This document shows positions 55,978 through 64,000 of a stretch of DNA of 64,000 bases, in pieces. The notes under the pieces are model-generated. The model saw only the letters and a program-made list of their open reading frames with translations. It searched no databases and was not told the DNA's origin. The position numbers were made by a program, and so were the translations under genes. The stretch's first letter is position 1; every line of letters starts with the position of its first letter. Source of the stretch: Neoconidiobolus thromboides FSU 785 (Eukaryota > Fungi > Entomophthoromycota); assembly GCA_025603075.1 (NCBI GenBank), contig MU626324.1:1-64000 (forward strand). Reading direction: 5' to 3'.

Positions 55978-56835
55978 ATGAATCAGCTAAAAAGAATATT
56001 ACAAACTAATCAACATATAAAGTTATTAAAATCAAACTCATCATTTAATAATTTATTGAAAGCAAAATTTCATACTCAGATAGCCTATGGTTTATCTTCT
56101 GGATATCATTTTGATACCTATCAATTCTCACAAAGGTTAGAAGCAGAAGGATTTAACTCAAAGCAAGCGGAGACCATTGTCAATGCTTTGGATGAAGTAT
56201 TGAATCAAAGGTAAAGTCATAGTCATAGTACTAATAGGAATAATAGTAACTGTAATGCATATGAATCAAAAGTTAAATAATAGAATGATTAACGTAAAGT
56301 TTAGTATAGATGATTTAGCTAAGGAGATGGTAACCAAAGAAGAGCAAGAAAAAGTAATTTAATAGTCATATTTAATATTCTTGATTAATTAAATAATAAG
56401 AGCATTTATACATATAAAATTGATTTTACGCAATTAAAAAATGAGATTAAGATGCATGAAAAGAAGGATTATGAGTTACTGAAGTTAGAAAACGAGCGTT
56501 TACTTTCTGAAGTTGAAAAACTAAGGAGAGAATTTAAAGATGAAATTAATAAGTCTCAAGCTGGCTTTCGACTCGATATGAATTTAGAAAAGGGTAGATT
56601 AAAGGATGAAGCTAATAATCAAGCTAGTAAATTAATTGACTCTCAAGCTAAAGTAGAACAAGAAATTTTTTCTCTTAAAGCTCAATTAGAGAATATTAAG
56701 TTTCAAATTTTACAATATATGGTCGGTACCATCACTGGTACTTCTGCTTTAATCTTAGGTAATTGGTTTTTATTTCATTTTATATTAATCATGCTCATGT
56801 GTTTTATCTTAGCTTATTTAAGAATGTTTAAATAA
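55978..56835 (+). CDS. DUF1640 / CCDC90-MCUR1 (Fmp32/Put6/Put7-like) mitochondrial coiled-coil protein
   Basis: Basic presequence-like N-terminus, YHFDTYQFSQRLEAEGFNSKQAETIV, FRLDMNLEKGR and C-terminal LQYMVGTITGTSALIL|AYLRMFK. Confidence 0.85.
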
Positions 56836-56915
56836 AAGTATATTGTTTTTATTACTGCTTTTTATTGTTTTAATAGAAATGAAATTTAAAAATTATAACT
56901 ATAACTGTTTATAAT

Positions 56916-58673
56916 TTAAAGTGGAGGAAAAAGAATATTAGGATCATTAATAACAGAATCAGTAGTTTCATCTCGTACTTGTTTAAGGAAAGGTATAAGA
57001 TCTGTACCACCTGTACCACGGAATGTATCACTATCGGATTCTGCACTAGCTTTACTTCTGGCTAATCCAAATTCTAAATTAAATTTTGCACTATTTTTTC
57101 GGGTCAATTTGTTGGCTGAGTTTGCTAACTGTGGGTAAGACAAATCAACACTTCCTGACCCCGTTCCGCTTCTTAATCTTGGGCTCTCTCTTACAAATGA
57201 GTTTGGGTTAGAGCTATTTGAAGTTGGACTTTGACTAATTCCATTGCTACTATTATTTACATTGATAATAGATATAGGAGAAGAAGACCTTGTACTCCCT
57301 TTTGTATCATTTTCTGGTATACTATCTAGAATATTAGTACTACTATTAGGGTTAGGATTAACTAAAGATGAAATAATAGAATCCTTTCTTAGATTGTCAG
57401 GTTTAATAGTATGCTCAGAGTCAATAGTAAAACTACCAATAGAAGGCCCTTTTCTTGCAGGTACAATAATATATCGGGTTACTATTTTTATGTGTTGATC
57501 TCTGAACTCTTTTAAATTTAATACGCACTCATTATATGCCTCTGCACATTCTCCTCCATTTCGTTCCACAAATTCTTTTATATTGCTAACTAATGCTAAA
57601 TCTTCTAAAAATTTACGATGTAACCCTGGCATGTAAGCGCGCATACTGTATAAATAAGTTTCACTTGATTTCTTAATTTCACCTTTTTCCTTCATTTTTT
57701 GCCATTCAGAATTTGTCGGATAATGCACAATGCCTAATGCAATGTCTAATACTTGAATCAAAGCGCTTTGTGCTGCCGAGCCACCAGCGTACTGACGAAA
57801 TTGAATAGGATCTCCGACTTTCCTATCAATATCATCAACCCCTTTATAAAGAATACCATGAGGCAATCCAGCTTCACTCATGTTTTCCCAGCCTGCTAAA
57901 TAAGGTCTTAATTTCCAATAAAATAAATAGGGATCACATTTCTCATACATTCTATCTAATAGTTCGGTCATGCCTTTGATTGAAGCTGCCATTTTTTTTA
58001 GTTCAATTATTACGTTTTGTGTATCAATTGATTTTATATAATTTAGCGTATTTATTATTGATGATAATGCTATTCCTCCTTTTGCTTCAATTGCTACTGT
58101 AATTAAATAAAACCATGCTTCATCTAAAGATCCTGTAAATGAGCTTAGTGTACTCAAATTATTTAAGTCGACTTCTTCTTCTTCGTCAATCAATTTCCAA
58201 TTCCACAATACAACCGCTGCATTACAGCTTACTGGATTAATGCCTAATTTTTCCGATATTTGAACTAGTGGCACAGCAATGCATTCGGGTAAGGCTTGAG
58301 AAACAGGTTCATTTTTACCCCAAATAAATGAGTGTTGAAGGAAAGTCAAAATTGAAAAAGCTCTCTGATATTCTTTTAAATTGATTAATTTATCGATTGA
58401 TAACACTTTCAATTGTAAAATTCTATTACGATATTTCCCACATAATAAGAGATCCTTCATATCCGCAATTAATGTTTCCCAAGGTTCATAATAGATATCG
58501 CTTAATCTCTTTAGTGGCGGTGTAGCTGGAAGAAATCCAGTTTTTGGGTTCATGTCATAATCTTCAAGTTTGGGTATTTCCAATTTACTATTGTCTTCTT
58601 TTTTAGTAAATAACTTTCCCAATTCACTGATGTAATTCTTTGGAGGAATACTTTCTACTTTAGTTTGTGTCAT
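56916..58673 (-). CDS. BNA2: Indoleamine 2,3-dioxygenase (kynurenine pathway), single exon
   Basis: GFLP, DEAWFYLITVAIE, YAGGSAAQSALIQ, MRAYMPGLHRKFL, FRDQHIKIVTRYI and GTGGTDLIPFLKQVRDET. Confidence 0.95.
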   Translation of the reverse strand: MTQTKVESIPPKNYISELGKLFTKKEDNSKLEIPKLEDYDMNPKTGFLPATPPLKRLSDIYYEPWETLIADMKDLLLCGKYRNRILQLKVLSIDKLINLKEYQRAFSILTFLQHSFIWGKNEPVSQALPECIAVPLVQISEKLGINPVSCNAAVVLWNWKLIDEEEEVDLNNLSTLSSFTGSLDEAWFYLITVAIEAKGGIALSSIINTLNYIKSIDTQNVIIELKKMAASIKGMTELLDRMYEKCDPYLFYWKLRPYLAGWENMSEAGLPHGILYKGVDDIDRKVGDPIQFRQYAGGSAAQSALIQVLDIALGIVHYPTNSEWQKMKEKGEIKKSSETYLYSMRAYMPGLHRKFLEDLALVSNIKEFVERNGGECAEAYNECVLNLKEFRDQHIKIVTRYIIVPARKGPSIGSFTIDSEHTIKPDNLRKDSIISSLVNPNPNSSTNILDSIPENDTKGSTRSSSPISIINVNNSSNGISQSPTSNSSNPNSFVRESPRLRSGTGSGSVDLSYPQLANSANKLTRKNSAKFNLEFGLARSKASAESDSDTFRGTGGTDLIPFLKQVRDETTDSVINDPNILFPPL

Positions 58674-60201
58674 TTTTAGTACCCTTTGTTTTTTCTCTTT
58701 TTTTCCACAATTTGATTATCTTGGTTTTTGCTTTTATATCTTTATCTTATATCTTTATTCTTAAAAGGTTTTTATTCTAATAATGTATTAATAATAAACG
58801 TGATTTGACTTTAAGCTAATATTTAAATAAAAAGGACTAAAACAAGCAATTTTCGTAATAGTTTTTTTGCAGATCTAAATTTATGTAAAATTTATATAAA
58901 AAATGAAATAATGTAGAATATAAGCGAGACGTAAATGTTACCAACTTAGCAAAAAAAGTTCTTAATAAAATAAGGTTTTTAAATCAAACCAATAATATCA
59001 TTACTGAATATTAAATAAATGCCTGTTGTTGTTTATAACTGTTATTTTATGTGTTGTTGTATTTAAAATTTCTGTTTTACAAAAAAAAGTATTTTATTCT
59101 CAAACAAAGCTATTAAACTAGTTTTAACGAATAGGTCAATAATGTTTTCAATACGTTTACACTAATGCTAATAAAAGCAGTAATGAAATGTTTAAGAAAA
59201 ATGAATTCTTGAACTTTAAACATTTGCTATAAAAAAAACATATACTATTCTCAATTGGATCAAATAAAAGTAATTTCATTTAAATAGAGCCTATGAATAC
59301 AACTATTGTACTTTTGTTGACACAAATAGGAATAAAAGTAGTATTATAATCTGCTTGAAAGTAGTACGATTTTTAATTCATTCTCACTTCAATCAAAAAA
59401 ACTTAAGAATATTATTTAAAAATTTGAGCGTTGTGTTATAAATAAGGTAAATAATAACAATAATTAGATCTTGTATTAGTATTCGATGCTCACAAAAAGA
59501 ACAAGACGGATGATGACTCACCTTTAGCAGTGTTTTTAATAATAATATAAGTAAATAAGCCCTAATCGTGGGTAGATAACTATAAATATAGCAATCAATA
59601 AAAACCAAGTGAATTGTTATAAGTTTACTACTTGATACTTATATTAATAAACTGGAACTCTGAACTTTAAATCAATATTATACTAAGTATAGGAATAATA
59701 ATGCTAGAATAAACTTTAATTCAATATTAACAATTATAATAAACTTAAAAATTTCACATAATTGTTATAAAGAATTACATGAAAACAAATGAATACCAAT
59801 ATTAATTTTTACTCGTTTTTAAATACCTCTTATACAGATTATAGTGATAGTAGCATAGAAATATAAAATAAGAAAGTATATATTTTTGTAGTATGTTTAA
59901 AAAAAATATATTCGAAATTCGTTTTATTTTTTATAGATGGTTGAAAATATAACGCATCAAGCGTTATTTTTTGCAAGCTGCTACTAAAACTCTATTAGTC
60001 TAACATAACCTTTTATTCCCTCTTGTGTGTTATGTGTACTAAATAATACGTATAATGGTCAAAAAAGAATTTATCAAAAATGTAACTTTTATATAGCTTT
60101 TGTAGATTAAAGGGTTTAAATATAATAAAAGTATTCTAACCCCCTATTATTTATCAGTGTTACTATTATAAAAAAGTAAAAACATAAAGAAATTAGAATA
60201 T

Positions 60202-60299
60202 GGGGATGTATTTTTGTGTTTAAGAGTTTTACTGACAATCTTTCCACTCAAATAGTGCTTAAAAAATGGAAAAGTAATGAAATCGAAAAAAACACCCCC
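60202..60299 (-). mobile_element. MITE copy 11
   Basis: Reverse orientation, flanked by ATAT/ATAT. Confidence 0.88.
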
Positions 60300-60336
60300 A
60301 TATAATGCAACTCATTAGTAGTTAAAGACATTATAT

Positions 60337-60434
60337 GGGGATGTATTTTTTTGTTTAAGAATCTTACTACAATTTTTCCACTCAAATAGTGCTTAAAAAA
60401 AGAAAGATAATGAAACTAAAAAAAATAGCCCCCT
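60337..60434 (-). mobile_element. MITE copy 12
   Basis: Reverse orientation, 135 bp after copy 11; flanked by ATAT/ATAT if the terminal base is a C>T variant. Confidence 0.84.
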
Positions 60435-60515
60435 ATATTCAAGTTATTAGTTGATTGTAAATAATGGTTTTAAATTATATTTTTCAAAATTACAGTAAAT
60501 CCAACAAAAACATTC

Positions 60516-60612
60516 AGAGGTGTTGTTTCTGGTTTCATCACTTTTTTCATTTCTTAAGTGCTATTTGAGTGGAAAATTTTTTAGTAAAATTTTGAATAAA
60601 CACATTATCTCC
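60516..60612 (+). mobile_element. MITE copy 13 (degenerate termini)
   Basis: Internal consensus TTCATCACTTTTTTCATTTCTTAAGTGCTATTTGAGTGGAAAA retained; flanks ATTC/ATTT. Confidence 0.7.
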
Positions 60613-60815
60613 ATTTATTTTGAATAGCACATTTATAAATAAAATAATAAAAGTCTTCTTTTCACATATATTGTTTCTATCTTCCAACATAAATTTTTAC
60701 GAAAATAGTTTATACCATATAAAATTATTACTATTTTAAGTCAAACAATTAAGCTTTTATTTCATTAATTTAAAAATCATATAAAACCAAATTAAAGATA
60801 AATTATTAAGGCTAT

Positions 60816-60914
60816 GGGAGTGTTTTTTTTGACTTCATTATTTTTTCCATTTTTTAAGCGCTATTCAAGCGGAAAATTTGTTAGTAAAATTCTTAAGCAC
60901 AAAAATACATCCCC
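60816..60914 (+). mobile_element. MITE copy 14
   Basis: GGGAGTGT...ACATCCCC termini; flanks CTAT/ATAT. Confidence 0.87.
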
Positions 60915-61619
60915 ATATGTTGCTAAAACCAACATAAAGCTTTATTATAAATTTCGAACTAAAAAAGAGTATTATAATAGAATCATTGATTTAACTATGA
61001 TATATGATGGTTCAAGTTTTGTTCAATAATAATTTTAATATTTATTTTAATACCTTTTTAGTACTACTTGTAATTGCCTTTTTCATTTTTTAAATGCCTT
61101 AAAAATTCAAAAGTATTTTTTGCATCATTTTGTTACTATTACTTATGATTGATACGTTTAATTATTAAAAATAGAATATAAAAAATGCTAATAAATGTAT
61201 AATAACACTGTGAGGAAGTTTCAATGACAATGCCAACAACCACAAAAATCCTATGAAGTCATCTGCTAAACTGTAGTAATCCCTTGGGTTTGCTCATTTG
61301 TTATACTGGCAACCTTTTGACATCTCATGCCCTATAATTAATAATATACAATTAAATCTATATATTATTATAGTCACTATAATGGCTATAATTTGCTATT
61401 TATTATTATTATATACTTTTGTTAAACTTTGTATAGCTTTGAAGATAGAATAAAGTACAAAAGTATAGTGGTAAACTAGATAAAATTATACTAACTTAAC
61501 AAACTTATCTCGTTCTTATTTTGAGAGTATACGTTACCAATTCTCAAAATTTAATCTGAAATCTGTTATCAAAATTTTTATCCCCTTTTATTCAAGATAA
61601 GCATTATCTTACTAATATT

Positions 61620-61975
61620 TTAAATTCCAAGGGCATTTATACAGCGTTTTATAAATGCAATAGCTATTTTAATGGGTAAATTGGTGGATTAATAAGGTTG
61701 ATTTTGATGTTGATGCTCTAGAAATACAACAAATTCTAGTTTAACTTTAGCTTTTTAACAATAGGGTGAATGTTTTTAGCCCTTTTAAGGAAATTCTCTT
61801 TATGTTATAGCTAAAGTCAGGAACTACAACATGAAAACCTTTTCAGCATCCAATTAAATCAAGCCAGATTTTGCTTCTAATGCATTAATTGTATTTTAAG
61901 CAAATGATGCCTCTACTTTATTACACATTATAGGATAAAAATCGACATGCTAAAGTATAAAGCCGAAACGTGAAT
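61620..61975 (-). mobile_element. Decayed non-LTR retrotransposon reverse-transcriptase fragment
   Basis: Across stops and frameshifts, motifs appear in the expected order: FGFI / CRFLSYNV (cf. QxGFxxGRxIxDN), GLI*LDAEKVF (cf. LDAEKAFD), PIYPL...MPL (cf. QGCPLSPL...EPL). Confidence 0.5.
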
Positions 61976-62020
61976 TCTTTTCAAATTTCATTTTTTAAAC
62001 TCCAAATAATATAAATTGTT

Positions 62021-63040
62021 ATGATTGCTGCTAATGATAGTTCCAAACCCAAAGAAAGTAACAAATTGTTAGATTGTTCATTAGATCAAGTTGTCTCTGA
62101 AATGAGAAAAGATCGCAGAGGTAATTCTAGGAACAAAAGACCAAATAGGAACAATAGACCAAGACGCATCTCAAATTCTCCTACTAATAACAGTAACGGC
62201 AGATGGAAACATGATAAGTTTGAGCAGAAGGCTGATAGAAGAGATGAGCGTCCAAAGGCTCTGTTTACTAGGGACCTTCGTAAAAATCGTGTTCCAGAAA
62301 AGGGTTTTACCACTAGTGAACTTAGAAAAAGAGCTTCTCGATATCCTTCTTCGAGGAATGCAGACCATTATGACACTGAGTCTGGTCATCAAGGTGCCTC
62401 TTCTCAAAGCTGGAAGAGAGAGTTAGTAACTTATGACGACGCTGAAGATGAAGATTACATTAACGAGGAAAATGACTCACTTTTGGTTAACTTTCAAGCA
62501 CCTTTGTCACCATCTTTAGATAAGGACCCTATCACTATCCGTGGTACTTCTAAGCCAGCCACTGTGCTAATTTCTAACATGAGCTTGGGTGCATGTTCTG
62601 AAGATATTGAAGCTACGTTTAGCAAGGTTGGGCAAGTACTTTCGGTTGAGATGCTTTACAACTCTGAAAATAAATTTACGGGTAATGCTGAAGTATGTAT
62701 GGGGTCCTTACAAGATGCTAAAAAGGCTGTTGCTGAATATAATAATGAAATTGCTGATGGTCATCGTATACAATTAACCATCAAACCAGACTATTCTAGT
62801 ACTAATAATAATGATGGGTATGGTAGCTCTGAAAAAGGTAATAGGGGTCGTAATAGATCTCGTGAAGTTAGTTTAGAACGTTATGGCTCTGACTCTAATG
62901 ATCGTTCTAATTATCGTCGTGATGAAAAACTATTGGATGAAAATAAACGTGGTGACCGTCGCTCTACTCATCCTATTCGTCACCATAAAGAGTCATCTAA
63001 ATACAGTCCATATCCAAAGAACTCAACTCGTCGTCGCTAA
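62021..63040 (+). CDS. ALYREF/THOC4/Yra1-like RRM mRNA-export adaptor, single exon
   Basis: N-terminal UBM-like LDCSLDQVV, WxHD motif (WKHDKFE), and an RRM (VLISNM...FSKVGQVLSVEMLYN...FTGNAEV). Confidence 0.75.
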   Translation: MIAANDSSKPKESNKLLDCSLDQVVSEMRKDRRGNSRNKRPNRNNRPRRISNSPTNNSNGRWKHDKFEQKADRRDERPKALFTRDLRKNRVPEKGFTTSELRKRASRYPSSRNADHYDTESGHQGASSQSWKRELVTYDDAEDEDYINEENDSLLVNFQAPLSPSLDKDPITIRGTSKPATVLISNMSLGACSEDIEATFSKVGQVLSVEMLYNSENKFTGNAEVCMGSLQDAKKAVAEYNNEIADGHRIQLTIKPDYSSTNNNDGYGSSEKGNRGRNRSREVSLERYGSDSNDRSNYRRDEKLLDENKRGDRRSTHPIRHHKESSKYSPYPKNSTRRR

Positions 63041-63238
63041 TCTTTCTTTTAATTATTGTAAGGTATAGAAATTATTTATGTAATTTAAATGCTGATTTTT
63101 ATATAAAATTCTAAAAAAAATAAAGTTTAATATTTTAATTTAATATTTCTACTATTTTAATATTTTATGAAAACAATGTCAATAGTAGTGAAAGTAAACT
63201 AGTGCAATTATATTTATTACAATAATTGAAAATAATAA

Positions 63239-63957
63239 CTATTCTTTTTTAAACTCCATTACTTCGACTTGTACTTCTCCATCCTTGAGTTTATAAATAT
63301 AACTTGTAACTAAAGAATCTTGTAAATCTAATAAAATAAAAGATGGAATAGGTTCAATACTAAATAAAGAATAAATGTATGCAAATTAATATCGAAAACT
63401 CTTTTACCTTCCGCCTAGAGAAGAAAAAGCACCTGTACCCGTACCAGGATTAATAAAAAAGCGATTGTTTTTATCGTAAACTTGTAATTGATGAGTATGA
63501 CCGAAGATTAAAATATCAACGTCCATCTGTTGAGCTTTACTTTCTAAAGTATCTGGATGAGCCCAAGGGGTAAATTGATGACCATGAATTAAACCAATCT
63601 TATAATTCCCATGAGTTATTATTTTACTTGTTGGCCAGGCACCTACCTTCATAATGGATTTAAAATAAGTTGCTATTTTAATAAAACTATCAAATTATAA
63701 ACTTTACTGTATCATATTCTCCTTGAACTACGTGCACTTCATTACATACACTTTTTAAATACTGATAAGTTTCTGAACTATTTAAATTTCCTGTACATAA
63801 TATCTGTTGAATTCTACCCGGAATCTATATTTTAAATAAGTATTAGTATTTAAATTACAGGCACATTAGCAATCTTCTTTACCATTAACTTTTTAAATGC
63901 TTTTGGTAGATCGCTACTTCTGTCAGGTATGTGTAAATCCCCTATTGCTAATACTAA
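63239..63957 (-). CDS. VPS29: Retromer subunit Vps29 (first exon lies beyond the window)
   Basis: LVLAIGDLHIPDRSSDLPKAFKKL, LCTGNL, VQGEYD, IGLIHGHQ, MDVDILIFGHTH, FINPGTGTGAFS and PSFILLD. Confidence 0.95.
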
Positions 63958-64000
63958 CTAATAAAACAAGAACAAGTTACTTATATGCTTCCATTAGCGT

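Noticed and set aside
59340-59620. Hydrophobic, stop-interrupted minus-strand reading suggestive of a membrane-protein pseudogene
   Set aside because: T-rich DNA yields hydrophobic translations by default, and there is no diagnostic motif.

Overview
AT-rich, intron-bearing eukaryotic DNA with fungal-type genes; the short GT-AG introns and gene content suggest an early-diverging fungus (inference). About 21 protein-coding genes are supported, mostly housekeeping: TOM1/HUWE1 (3' end off-window), SNU13, PEP7/VAC1, NCS6, a small ankyrin protein, YbeY, an MRX7-like microprotein, COG6, calcineurin A, ATG13, a LAA2/DUF5102-like gene, a SmgGDS-like ARM protein, an AVT-family transporter, ATR/MEC1, TAF12, PIG-X/PBN1, a small secreted protein, a DUF1640 protein, IDO/BNA2, an ALYREF/YRA1-like RRM protein and VPS29 (5' end off-window). 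The main feature not explained by genes is a ~96-100 bp non-autonomous DNA-transposon-like element (MITE), found in 15 intergenic copies. It has GGGG...CCCC termini, ~14-bp imperfect TIRs, copy-specific 4-bp A-N-N-T target-site duplications and CpG decay on both strands. No transposase is present in the window. Several intergenic stretches look like heavily decayed non-LTR reverse-transcriptase relics. I found no rRNA, tRNA or CRISPR array. All alignments and motif calls were made by eye, and family assignments come from remembered motifs rather than database searches.
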